Origin: Eledone cirrhosa
Taxonomy: Eukaryota
DNA: 64,000 nucleotides
NCBI GenBank assembly: GCA_964016885.1
Contig: OZ024743.1
Span: 4,898,001 to 4,962,000 of the forward strand
Reading direction: 5' to 3'
Shown here piece after piece: positions 27,181 through 38,999 of the stretch (its first letter is position 1; every line of letters starts with the position of its first letter). The notes under the pieces were generated by a model that worked only from the letters and a program-made list of their open reading frames with translations, made no database searches and had not been told where the DNA came from. The translations under genes and the position numbers were made by a program.

Positions 27181-27276
27181 TATTATAAAATAACAGGAGG
27201 CTGGTCATTGAAATGTTCATAGTATAATAAACCTTTAAGGAATTACACCAGTCCAGCCTCCTGTTATTTTATAATA
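27181..27276. repeat. 24-bp perfect inverted repeat with ~48-bp spacer
   Basis: tattataaaataacaggaggctgg / ccagcctcctgttattttataata. Confidence 0.85.
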
Positions 27277-27604
27277 TATATATATAGAGAGAGAGGGAGA
27301 GGGGGGTGAGAGGGGGGATTGGGCTTGTGGGTGGGTGTTTATGTGTGTGCGTGGAGGGGTGATGCTGAAGATGTAATTACAGTTTTCCGGTTTGCATTCC
27401 TCTATTGGAATTTCATATTTTCTAATAAGACCGCTACATTTCATTTGGAACAACATATCTTCAGAGGTGTTGTTGCTTCATTTTTATTATTCCTTAGGCA
27501 TATATAGGCATATATTAGGCATACATAGGCAAATATTCCTACTTCACCATCATTTTACGATTTTTTTCATGAAATTGTAGTATTAAATCTGGCCGGTAGG
27601 CCAA

Positions 27605-27711
27605 ACGTATGTATGTTGATTGTTTTACATGACGTATGTATGTTGATTGTTTTACATGACGTATGTATGTTGATTGTTTTACATGACGTATGTATGTTGA
27701 TTGTTTTACAT
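27605..27711. repeat. 27-bp tandem repeat, 4 copies (ACGTATGTATGTTGATTGTTTTACATG)
   Basis: Units start at 27605, 27632, 27659 and 27686. Confidence 0.93.
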
Positions 27712-27942
27712 TACCCAAACATCTACAACATTCTCTCGAACAATCACCATGCATTTACAAGAAGCAAATACAACACATTACACCATACAGCACTAAACAA
27801 AATTCGATAGCAGAATATTAATATGTATATATATATATATGAAAGATAAGCAATACAACGAGATATAATGTCTATATGACCCATGCTAAAGTAGACTTTA
27901 AAACCTTAGCTAGCATGACACTGTCCTGAGAAATAATTTATA

Positions 27943-27980
<38 letters not shown>

Positions 27981-28008
27981 ATACACACACACACACATAC
28001 ACGCACAC

Positions 28009-28043
<35 letters not shown>

Positions 28044-28329
28044 CACAGTTCATGAGTAACCAATCTTAAAGAGAGAGATGGAGATAGGAGAGGAGATAGG
28101 AGAGGAGAAGAGAGATTGGTGAATTAGTTAGAAGCCAAAGCGTAAATGCATGTGCTCAATGTGCAATATGCAGTGGAAGGCAGCTAGGTGGATGGGTTCA
28201 TGCAGACGTTAGGTGCACAGAGCTGGAAATATTCATTAGTTAAGCAAAACAAAACCACAAACTTCACAAGGAAGACATTATTAAAAGATTGTCAACATAT
28301 TTTAGTTTGATGTAGAGAATAATAATAAT

Positions 28330-28478
28330 AATAATTGTTTCTACTTTTTGGCACAAGGCCAGCAATTATTCCAGTGTATTACTGGTACTTTATTTTATCG
28401 ACCCCGTAAGGATGAAAGGCAAAGTTAACCTCGGCGGGATTTGAACTCAGTCCGTAAAGGGACGTAACTGTGCTAGAA
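28330..28478 (-). mobile_element. SINE, main family (head truncated)
   Basis: Main-family body with (TAA)n tail. Confidence 0.85.
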
Positions 28479-28486
28479 AAATAATG

Positions 28487-28518
<32 letters not shown>

Positions 28519-28907
28519 GATACTGTTTCGTCTCGTCTCTTACTCTACTGCTACTTTATTTCTCGACCTCATGAAAGGCAAATGTGTCCTAGGCGGGACA
28601 TACATATCTAAATACATACATACATATATTTTTACTAGCTACATATTTCTAACTAAATATTTCTCTTCCATTTCCTCTATAACTGTCTATCTTTCTCTTT
28701 CTCCTTCTCCCCCTCCCCCTCTCTCTCTCTTTCTCCTTCCGTTTCTCCCCCTTATCTTTCTCTTTTGCAGATGAAATGCAATGTACTACAGGCTGCTTAC
28801 GTCATGCTGTTTGCACATTGACTTGCAAGTTAAGTTGACAGCAGTATTAGCAATGATATTACCAGTAAGCAACAATAGCAGTGGAGGGGAGAAGTATTGT
28901 TGATGTC

Positions 28908-29693
28908 TGGTGGTGGTGGTAGTGGTGGTGGTGGCGGTGGTGGTAGTGGTGGTGGTGGCGGTGGTAGTGGTAGTGGTGGTGGTGGCGGTGGTGGTGGTGG
29001 TGGTGGTGGCAGTGGTAGTGGTAGTGGTGGTCGTGGCGGTGGTGGTGGTGGTGGTGGTGGTGGTGGTGGTGGTGGTGGTGGTGGTGGTGGTGGTGGTGGT
29101 GGTGGCGGTGGTGGTGGGCTTGATGTTGGTGGTGGTGGTGGTGGTAGTGGTGGTGGTGGCGGTGGTGGTAGTGGTAGTGGTGGTGGTGGCGGTGGTGGTG
29201 GTGGTGGTGGTGGCGGTGGTAGTGGTAGTGGTAGTGGTGGTCGTGGCGGTGGTGGTGGTGGTGGTGGTGGCGGTGGTGGTGGTGGTGGTGGTGGCGGTGG
29301 TAGTGGTGGTGGCGGTGGTGGTGGTGGTGGTGGTGGTGGTGGTAGTGGTGGTGGTGGCGGTGGTGGTAGTGGTAGTGGTGGTGGTGGCGGGGGTGGTGGT
29401 GGTGGTGGTGGCGGTGGTAGTGGTAGTGGTAGTGGTGGTCGTGGTGGTGGTGGTGGTGGCGGTGGTCGTGGCGGTGGTGGTGGTGGCGGTGGTGGTGGTG
29501 GTGGTGGTGGTGGTGGTGGTGGCAGTGGTAGTGATGATGGTGAAGGTGGCAACGGCGGTCGTGGTGGCGGCGGCGGTAGCGGCGGTGGCGGTGGCGGAGG
29601 CGGCGGCGGCGGTGGTGGTGGTGGTGGTGGTGGTGGTGGTGGTGGTGGTGGTGGTGGTGGGCTTGATTGTGGTGGTGGTGGTGGTGGTGGTGG
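28908..29693. repeat. Degenerate (GGT)n tract with internal ~200-bp duplications
   Basis: GGT/GGC/AGT triplets. The motif agtggtagtggtagtggtggtcgtgg occurs near 29011, 29221 and 29418, and gggcttgat occurs twice. Confidence 0.92.
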
Positions 29694-29846
29694 TATTATA
29701 TTTGCTTGCATTTTCAATCAAGAAAAAGATAGTAAAATGTACACAACAGAGACATAAGTACATAAGAGACTCCGACAAACAGCTACTGACTGGACGCCCT
29801 GATGATTTCTCCCGAAAGAAACAGTTCTCATCCTGTAGAAACCATT

Positions 29847-29940
<94 letters not shown>

Positions 29941-29942
<2 letters not shown>

Positions 29943-30643
29943 GATATTAATAAATGGAAACTATATTTATAAAATCATATTTATTTCATTATACATATTT
30001 CAGGGATACCAAATTAAATTATGGTATGCCTTCATCAGACAAAATACAATATATAACAGTTTTACAAATAAGCTTTGACGTACCCTATTAAAATGCAACC
30101 ATTATTTTTGGAAGCCATCCGGATAGTGAGTTGTTTATATTATTTTAATGTTAAGGACAATTAGAAAAAGATGGAGAGAAAGAAAAAGACGGAGAGAGAG
30201 AAAGAAAAAACGTGGAGAAGTATCGGAGAGAGAGAGAGATGCATGGTGAAAAAAGAAAGAGATACATAAAGACAGGAGGAAAGAAAGAAAAAAAAGAAAA
30301 AAGGAAGAAATAAGAAAAACAGAGGAAAGCAACAGAGAGATATTAAGTCATCAGACAGATAGAAAAACTCAAGAGAGAAAAATATTATATAGAGAGAGGG
30401 GGGATAATGAAAACTTTACGTCATGTCATATTAAGTTGAGTTAACAATTTATATGAAATGAATAATAAAAATATAAATATTAATATTCATGAATGGGACA
30501 TAAATATATAATATGAGAAATTAAACATTGTTCAATAATGACTATATGTTTAGTTTAAAACTTGAGATCAATATACCAAAATTTGGGTTTAATCAACCAA
30601 AATGCTAGAGAAATCAGTATCTTAGGCAAAGACACACAAATAT
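29941..30643. repeat. Left arm of ~700-bp inverted repeat (pLTR)
   Basis: Reverse complement of ~32363-33065. By eye there are only a handful of substitutions and small indels. ORFs 30135..30332 and 32572..32790 are mirror readings of this repeat. Confidence 0.93.
29982..30046 (-). ncRNA. Minimal hammerhead ribozyme, second copy (sense to the Penelope ORF)
   Basis: Reverse complement of 32956-33020. Confidence 0.8.
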
Positions 30644-31722
30644 ATATATATATATATATACGCACGTCCTGAAAATATATTTACTCAAGTCAACAATATA
30701 GATATACAAAACGCAGACGATTTCTCTTAATCACTGCTATACATTCCTTGTGTTATAAAAAAGTTCACAGTATATATACATAAATATATACGATTAACAT
30801 TCATGTCTTCATATATACGATTACCATTCATGCATTTAACATTCTGTTAAAATTATGCATATCTGCAATCAAAACTGCGTGGTTATGCAACATATCTCTT
30901 ACCCACACACATACATATATATATATACACATATATATGTATAAATAAATATTTGCGTGCGTCTTCCCGCATCGCTCATGTATACATACAGACATATATA
31001 CAATCATAAAAAACCTATAACACTTTTATATGCATGTTAATACACACATACACATTTGTATAGAGATAATCAAATATCAATATATTACTAAGGATTAAAC
31101 TTTGGAAATATAATTATAACAATATAAATTTAAAATACCAAAGGATTATATTTTGGAAATATAATTATATCAGTATAGTCAAAAGGACAAACGAATTCTA
31201 GAAATATCAAAGCATTAAATGTTTAAAACACTTTAGAGTATCTTAAGTTAAAATAATATGTTTCATATATTTAGTATAGAAATTTATCCTACGTATATTT
31301 CAATCAAGATATTGAAAGGGTAGACTTATGAAAATTATGAGAAGCTATCAGAATCAAAACAAAACTAATAAAAATAAATAAAAATAAAAATAAAAATAAA
31401 AGTTAAATAAATATTATATCAATATAATTTAAAAATTTAAAAATTTAAAAAATTTAAAAAAGTTTAAAAAATTTAAAAAATTTAAAAATTTAAAAATTTA
31501 AAAGATTTAAAAAACCCAAGGATTCTACAGATATCCTTATATTTAGTATAGAAATTTATCTTACGTATATTTTATTTAAGACATTGGAAGTATAGACATT
31601 TTAGAGTAGTTTATTATATCTATGTTTATATTTAGGAAGAAAGTTTAAAAAGAAAAAGGTAAAGGAATCTAATGATTTATCGCCAGGTTTCATATATTAA
31701 CTAAATTACTTAATTAATTATA

Positions 31723-32370
31723 CTACATTTTAAATTTATATTTATATTTAAACGTTGAGTTCAATCTATGTCTGCAGCAACTGAATAAATTGTTCCTTAA
31801 ATTAAGGGAATTTTTGGACTTTAATATAAAGAATATTTCTTCAATACAAAGATCACTATTTTCTGAAGAGGAATTAAAAGGAGTAGCTTATGAAATAATA
31901 TTCCAAGTCATCGAATATTTAACATTATCTCGTTTTAGGTCCCATAGTAGGCTAGATAGCGAAGTTGAAGATTTTTTGTTTGGATCTGTGAAAGAATTTT
32001 TATGATTATTGAAGCGAAATTTAAATTCTGTAGAGGTAGAACCAACATAGTTAAATGAATTTAAATTAGTTTTAACATTACAATTGTACACTACATTTTT
32101 AGCTAAGCAGTTGTTATTTAATGGACAGTTAGATTTATTTCTACAGTTACAGTTATTCAATTGAATATTGCTTGGGTTATTATTGGTATTTTGGTTAGGT
32201 TTTAAATTTCTATTATTAATTCTATTAATACTTTGTGCTAAATTTTTGGTGGACGAGTAAGTTAATTTTATAGTGTGTCTATTAAAAATTGAGTAATATT
32301 TATGTGTTCTAGGGAAGCGTTTGTCAAGAGCTTTAAAGAATAGTTTAGCAATAGGGGTTTTAATATTTGT
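31723..32370 (-). pseudogene. C-terminal part of a Penelope-like ORF (end of RT thumb, Cys linker, GIY-YIG endonuclease) with one premature TAA
   Basis: One frame reads TNIKTPIAKLFFKALDKRFPRTHKYYSIFNRHTIKLTYSSTKNL...CNCRNKSNCPLNNNCLAKNVVYNCNV...YVGSTSTEFKFRFNNHKNSF...TSLSSLLWDLK...WNIIS*ATPFNSSSENSDLCIEEIFFIL...LNLRNNLFSCCRHR...KM*. It shows the VVY..YVG variant of GIY-YIG plus R..NH, LC.EE and LN/CRH motifs. TAA at 31888-31890. Confidence 0.88.
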
Positions 32371-33065
32371 GTGTCTTTGCCTAAGATACTGATTTCTCTA
32401 GCATTTTGGTTGATTAAACCCAAATTTTGGTATATTGATCTCAAGTTTTAAACTAAACATATAGTCATTATTGAACAATGTTTAATTTCTCATATTATAT
32501 ATTTATGTCCCATTCATGAATATTAATATTTATATTTTTATTATTCATTTCATATAAATTGTTAGCTCAACTTAATGACATGACGTAAAGTTTTCATTAT
32601 CCCCCCTCTCTCTATATAATATTTCTCTCTCTTGAGTTTTTCTATCTGTCTGATGACTTAATATCTCTCTGTTGCTTTCCTCTGTTTTTCTTATTTCTTC
32701 CTTTTTTCTTTTTTTTCTTTCTTTCCTCCTGTCTTTATTTATCTCTTTCTTTTTTCTCCATGCATCTCTCTCTCTCCGATACTTCTCCACGTTTTTTCTT
32801 TCTCTCTCTCCGTCTTTTTCTTTCTCTCCGTCTTTTTCTAATTGTCCTTAACATTAAAATAATATAAACAACTCACTATCCGGATGGCTTCCAAAAATAA
32901 TGGTTGCATTTTAATAGGGTACGTCAAAGCTTATTTGTAAAACTGTTATATATTGTATTTTGTCTGATGAAGGCATACCATAATTTAATTTGGTATCCCT
33001 GAAATATGTATAATGAAATAAATATGGTTTTATAAATATAGTTTCCATTTATTAATATCGTATAT
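32363..33065. repeat. Right arm of ~700-bp inverted repeat (inverted pLTR)
   Basis: Reverse complement of 29941-30643. It joins the truncated ORF at atatttgt. Confidence 0.93.
32956..33020 (+). ncRNA. Minimal type I hammerhead ribozyme in the Penelope pLTR
   Basis: UAUUUUGU-CUGAUGA-[AGGCAUACCA/UGGUAUCCCU stem II, 9 of 10 pairs]-GAAA-UAUGUA-UA^-AUGAAAUA. Stem I has 8 pairs including G-U. Stem III segment AUAUGUAU is self-complementary, as in dimer-type PLE hammerheads. Confidence 0.8.
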
Positions 33066-33148
33066 CTACTCCAAATACTTGTCGAGTGCTTTATATCAGT
33101 TATAAAAATATTTACTTGTTGTATCCCAACAATTTTAAATAGAACTTT

Positions 33149-33245
<97 letters not shown>

Positions 33246-33256
33246 TAAAATAACAG

Positions 33257-33363
33257 ATTAAAGTTTAAGCAAAGAATCGCTGCTTTCGCCCTTAACGGGA
33301 TCTTCTGAAACTCAGAAGATCCCGTTAAGGGTGAAAGCAGCGATTCTTTGCTTAAACTTTAAT
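33257..33363. repeat. Near-perfect palindrome, 52-bp arms, 3-nt loop
   Basis: attaaagtttaagcaaagaatcgctgctttcgcccttaacgggatcttctga-aac-tcagaagatcccgttaagggtgaaagcagcgattctttgcttaaactttaat, with one mismatch. Confidence 0.93.
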
Positions 33364-33590
33364 AAATATTTGCTCTACGGTTCCTTATCGAGCCCTCTTT
33401 GGATTTTAGTCTTCTAATTTATTATTATTACTATATATATATTTCTGCCTGGACTTGCGATAGATAGTATTAGAAATTGGAAAGATCAACGGAAACATTG
33501 TTTCTCCTTTGGAAGAAGAAGAAGAAGAAGAAGAAGAAGAAGAAGAAGAAGAAGAAGAAGAAGAAGAAGAAGAAGAAGAAGAAGAAGAAG

Positions 33591-33621
<31 letters not shown>

Positions 33622-34104
33622 CGTATTTTGTTTGTGGTGGTGGTGGTGTGGTGGTGAATGGTTGTTGTTGTGTGTGTGTGTGTGCCGGTGTGTGTTGATG
33701 TGTATTGCCAAAGAGTGTGGATGTGTAGCAGGCAAGAACAATTAAGTGCTTGGGTTTGACTGAATCGATGTTTTGACCCAGCATGACAGCAGTCTAATGG
33801 CTAATACCAACAAAAGTATATATATATTTCAGAAAAATTAGTTCAATTGATATGACCTATCAATTCTGCTAATTAATGTTTGTCTAATAAATTATTAAGG
33901 TAGGCTAAATAATTATTCAAGTTAGTCTAATTAATATTCAAGTTAAACCAATTAATTATTGTGTTAGTTTAATTGGTTAATTGTGTTAGTTTAATTAATT
34001 ACCGATAAAAGTTTAACAAAACTCATCACACTTTTTAACTTAATGAAGGAATAAACTTAATGAAAATTTGACATCTCGTCCATACTCATTACTAATATTA
34101 CAAG

Positions 34105-34293
34105 GACGGTGGATTGGTGGTATCGGTAGAGGCTCGGATGCTATGCTCTGCAGCAAGTTACGGCCTTTTACAGTCTCAGTTCAAATCTCGCTGAGGTTAA
34201 CTTTGCCTTTCATCCCTACGGTGTCGATAAAATATTGCAACAGTAATGCACTGGGTTAATTGCTGGCCTTGTGCCAAAAGTAGAAACAATTAT
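34105..34293 (+). mobile_element. Full-length SINE, main family
   Basis: ggtggattggtggtatcggtagagg...gttcaaatctcgctgagg...gtagaaacaattat. Confidence 0.85.
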
Positions 34294-34406
34294 TAATATT
34301 ACCCTCTGCTTAGTACAACCCCAAAGTACATACTGGAGACTACTCATCGAGTGCTCACTTTGGGGAACCAACAATAACTTCACGTTACAATCCCTAAGCT
34401 ATACAT

Positions 34407-34448
<42 letters not shown>

Positions 34449-34452
<4 letters not shown>

Positions 34453-34757
34453 CGCGAGATTAAAATGTGTGAATGTGTTATTATGGAATGTATTAGATAT
34501 TGAAACAAGACAAAGACATAAAAAATAACAACACTTCATTTACATTGTAAACATTTATCACTTCAATACATTTGAACAATTGCTTTGAATTGTAACGTCG
34601 TCAATGTTTGATGCTACAGAATGTTCATGTAAAATACATGTAATTGTGGGTTTGAGATGGTTTAACAAAAGTGACGTGGCAATCAGAGCCCACTTCGCCG
34701 TCTGAATTCTTCAGATTTCGCAGCCTATATACATCCTGGTTTTTTCATTACCCCCAC
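34449..34757. mobile_element. Possible decayed mariner-derived non-autonomous element
   Basis: Begins after (TA)n with gacgcgagattaaaatgt and ends tttttcattaccccc. Resembles mariner TIRs, but degenerate. Confidence 0.4.
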
Positions 34758-34794
34758 CACTTAAAAATATATATACAAAAAGATGCAAATCTTG

Positions 34795-35398
34795 TCACAC
34801 TGTATGAAGGAATACTAAATCGAGTTGATGGTTTTCTATATTTGGGAAGCAGGATGTGTTCATCAAAAAAGAACATTGACGTTAGAATTACCAAAGTCTG
34901 AGCTACAATGAACAAAATGGAAAAGGTATGGAAGTCAGATCTACCCAGAAAAATCAGAATATCTTTCTTCAGAACATCTGTTGAGACAGTGTTGTTGTGT
35001 GGATGAAATACATGAATCCTGACACAAGCACTCGAGAAGAAACTCCATGGGATATACACTAAAATGTTTAGGGTTGTACTAAACATAAACTGGTGTCAAC
35101 GTATTACGAATGAAAGTTCATACGGGAATTTGTCCAAAATAATAACTACAATTGCTCAAAGACAGGTACAATTTGCAGGACATTGCTGGAGAGGTAAACA
35201 GGAAGTTACACACAAGTTACTATTGTGAGAACTAACTCATGGGAGACGCAATAGAAGAAAACCTGCTCGAACCTTCATCGATCAACTCTCAGACGATACA
35301 AAGCTCAGTAAGAAGCAGTTGCTAAGAGCAATGGAAAATCGTGAATTGTGGAAAGACCTTGTGAGGGATGTTCGACTATGGTTGCAATGATGATGATA
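34795..35398 (+). mobile_element. 3' fragment of an RTE-clade LINE with (TGA)n tail
   Basis: LNRVDGFLYLGS...KVWKSDLPRKIRISFFRTSVETVLL...VLNINWCQRITNESSYGNL...QFAGHCWRGKQEVTHKLLL*ELTHGRRNRRKPARTFIDQL...MENRELWK, then tgatgatgat. Confidence 0.88.
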
Positions 35399-35765
35399 AT
35401 ATCCTTGTGAATAATTAACTGTTGCTGAACAATGGAATCGTCACTCCCTAACAGAATATATCCACATTTATCCTTGGTTCAATATTATATTAGACCACTA
35501 ATCCTATGGATTATACCTCGGATGTATATGCTTATTTTAATTGCTGATTGTGCAAAAACATTGAACTTTAAATCCTCTTTTCATACAGTTTGTTAAACCT
35601 GCTTATTTAAGGCTCTTCATTCTATGTTCATAAAATATTTAAATATTTATTAGCATCTCAGCACATGAGCACACCATACTTTATATATATATAAAGAATT
35701 ATGTGTGTGTGTGCGTGTGCGTGTGAGTGTGTGTGTGGGTGTGGGTGTGGGTGTGTGTGTGTATG

Positions 35766-35883
<118 letters not shown>

Positions 35884-36019
35884 TTTCGGAATTGAGATGT
35901 TCGGACATGTGGCTGGTAATTATAATCGTTATGTTATTTATGTTGTTTAATAGATTCTGAAGAAATCAATACAGTAGAAATATATATTTCCTATTGTATT
36001 GATTGAAACGTTCGTAAAT

Positions 36020-37955
36020 CAAAGGTATAGACTTATCTGGGTTGGTAAGCCGAAAGACCATCGTCGAGAAGGTGGGGCTAGTTGTGCTATGAAAACATCA
36101 TTGACAAAACATTTACTGTGCCCGTCTAGTGCTGATCGCATAATTAAGCTACGTGTTCCATTCTTGTGTGGACATCTTGCGACAATCTTTTCAGTTGGCT
36201 CTCCAAGTCAAAACAAAATCTGTTATGACTTTCTATGAAAGTCTTCATACCACCATTACTTCCACACCAAATGATGATAAGCTAATTCTTCATGGTGACT
36301 TCAATGCATACGTTGGCAGGGACTGTGAAACTTGGAATGTTCTTGTCTGGCATAGCGTTGGTAAAGTGAATGAAAATGATCTAAAGCTACTTGAACTTTG
36401 CTCAGAAATCAATTTGACGATTTCCAACACTTTCTTCAAACACAAACTTTAACAGAAAATTACATGAATTAATCCGAGATCAAAACATGAGCACATAATT
36501 GATTTTATCTTCATCTGTAACCGTGACCTTACTCATGTGTGTACTGTACGTGTGATGCATAGTGCGGAATGGATCACAAGCTGGTGCGAGGAAAGTTTAA
36601 ATTTCATATCTGTAAGAAGTTCCGTATGAGTGGGGTCGAGATGCTGAATTGTGTAGATGTTAGTGATCTAGCACAGCTGGTATTTAATAGCCTAGAACTG
36701 GATGGAACATGGCAACATTTAAAAAGACTAAGTTTATTCCACAGGAGCAAATGTACTTGGTTATAGTTTGAAAAAATATAAAGACTGGTTTGATAATAAT
36801 GTTTTTATTGTTAGTCAGTTACTGAAAAGAAAACAGGCACTCTATGAAAAGATCTTGGGCGAGAATCCATCGATCCTACCTGCTACTGAGAAGATATATA
36901 AAGAATTCAAAGTCACATTACAACGTGAACTCGAAAAGATGAAAACCGATTAGTGTGCAAAGGTATCTCAAGAGGTGCAAGCTGCCTTTAAAAGTGAGGA
37001 TAGTAACACTTTTCATGCCTTATTACGGCAATCATTTGGTCCTTAATCATCTTCTCTTGCCTCTGTGGAATCGAAGAATAGTGTAGTCCTCTATGGCAGT
37101 ATCGGTAGAGGGTCGGACGCCATCCTTTGACGCATAGAGTTACGGCCCTTGCCATTCTGAGTTCAAATCCCGCCGAGGTTAACTTTGCCTTTCATCCTTG
37201 CGGGGTCGATAAAATAAAGTACCAGTAATACATTGGGTAATTGCTGGCCTTGTGCCAAAAGTAGAAACAATTATGAAGAGTTGGAAAGAATATTTCTCTT
37301 ACCTTTTTTACGGTCCTTCTATTGTCAACTTTGATGTTATAGATGGTCAACCTCAGCATGATATAACATTATCAATGGACAATCCATCGACCGTTGAAGA
37401 AATCAGAAAGGCAAGGTAAGCTTAGGCAAGGCACCAGAGTTAGATGGGATTCCAGTCGAGTTATTGAAAGCTGGAGGAGTCCACATATCATCGGCTATCT
37501 ATGCACTTCTCATGAAATGATGGGAAGGAGCACCAACACCACAAAACTGAGTTGATGAAATCTTGAACACCATCTACAAAGGTAAAGGAGAAATTCCAAT
37601 TGTAACAACTTCTGTGTGGTTACAATACTAGAATTTGTTGGATAGGAATTAACTAGGTTGATCCTGAATTACTTTTCAGAAAATATATGTCCATTGATTC
37701 AGAAACTCAATCTGGGTTCAGAGCAAAAAGGGGAAGAGTGGATATGATCTTCTCGGCTAGACAGCTACTAGACAGCTACTAGACAGCTACTAGACAGCTA
37801 AGCAAGAGTGCACAGAACAGCACATAATTTTGTATCAACTTTTTATCGAATTGACTAAGGCTTTGATATAGTCAACAGAGAAGCCTTAGAGATCATTCTT
37901 AGTAAATTAAACTATCCACACAATGTTTTGAAAATCTTCAAACAACTACATCGAG
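36020..37955 (+). mobile_element. Decayed RTE (BovB-like) LINE: APE endonuclease plus N-terminal half of RT, interrupted by a SINE
   Basis: Fragments read DKLILHGDFNAYVGRD, GKVNENDLKLLELCSEINLTISNTFFKHK, NPRSKHEHIIDF, DHKLVR, GKAPELDGIPVELLKAGG, ETQSGFRAKRGRVDMIFSARQL and LTKAFDIVNREAL. Many stops and frameshifts. Confidence 0.9.
37093..37273 (+). mobile_element. SINE, main family, nested in the RTE LINE
   Basis: Main-family sequence interrupts the LINE reading frame. Confidence 0.88.
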
Positions 37956-38927
37956 TATACTTGTGATATTATTAGATCCTTCTCAATTGATTTTCTTCAA
38001 GTTGATATCATGGGCAATATCTTTCATTTGAAATAAGGTAACGAAAGCATTAATTTCATAAAATCTAGAAATTGGGAGACTCGTACAAATATGTTTTGTA
38101 GTGGGTGGCATAAAGGAAGGATTTACCAAAGATTATCGTTGAAAACTACTTGCCAAAATTGGAGGACTTTTGGAAAGTCTAACTCCTGGGCTCGAGACAT
38201 CATTGTGATCAGGGTACGAACCCAAGTTTCTACATGTACAACATGGGCCTGAAACCACTTAGCCTCAACTATCAGTTATAACTTTAGTCTTCGTTTATGT
38301 TTGCTGCTCTGCAGCACGCGTTTAGAATATTCTCACTGATGTAGTCCAATCTGTGACTCTCAATTTACTAATTCGATCTCATAACCTTATTTTCAGTATC
38401 CACCACCTTCCCCCTAAATATCCACACTCCTTAACACTATATTTCTTTATTTCTGTCTTTGTTTGTTTGTTTTTTGGTCGGTTTTATGCTTGTTTACGTT
38501 TATTTATTCTTGTTCCATTCACTTGTCCCGCCCTATCTAATCATGTCTACAATTGATATCTCGCTCATCCACTCTTCTCTTTCTCCCTATCATCTTTCTA
38601 TCTGTCTATTTCTCACTTTATGTACGTGTATATATACACATATACATATATATATACATATATATATAGAGAGAGAGGGGGGGAAGAGAGAGAGAGAGGG
38701 GGGGGAAGAGAGAGAGGGGGGGGGGGAGAGAGAGAGAGAGAGAAATAGCGGATTGCACGCATACACATACACACACACACACATATATATATATATGTGT
38801 GTATACATTTTGAAGAATATTTCTCGGTGCACGCATATATATGTTTGTTGTTATATAGATATATATATATATGTATATAGATATAGATATATATATATAA
38901 ATATTCCCCACACACTCACAACACGCA

Positions 38928-38999
<72 letters not shown>

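Larger units (their letters stand above)
29941..33152 (-). mobile_element. 5'-truncated Penelope-like retroelement (Naiad-like) with an inverted 5' pLTR copy, inserted in a (TA)n tract
   Basis: GIY-YIG endonuclease remnant on the - strand (31723-32370). Near-identical inverted repeats at 29941-~30643 and ~32363-33065, each with a hammerhead motif. Long (TA)n runs on both sides (29853-29940, 33153-33240). Confidence 0.88.

Noticed and set aside
28786-29950. Poly-Pro (formin/extensin-like), poly-Gly, poly-Thr and poly-Val ORFs
   Set aside because: Four overlapping frames on both strands are open because the DNA is (GGT)n. There are no flanking domains.
31888-31890. Selenocysteine recoding of the in-frame stop (reported for some Naiad elements)
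   Set aside because: The stop is TAA rather than TGA and is not at a Cys position. It is best read as a disabling mutation.
37757-37801. Short tandem ctagacagcta repeat
   Set aside because: A local slippage duplication inside a dead LINE, with no sign of function.
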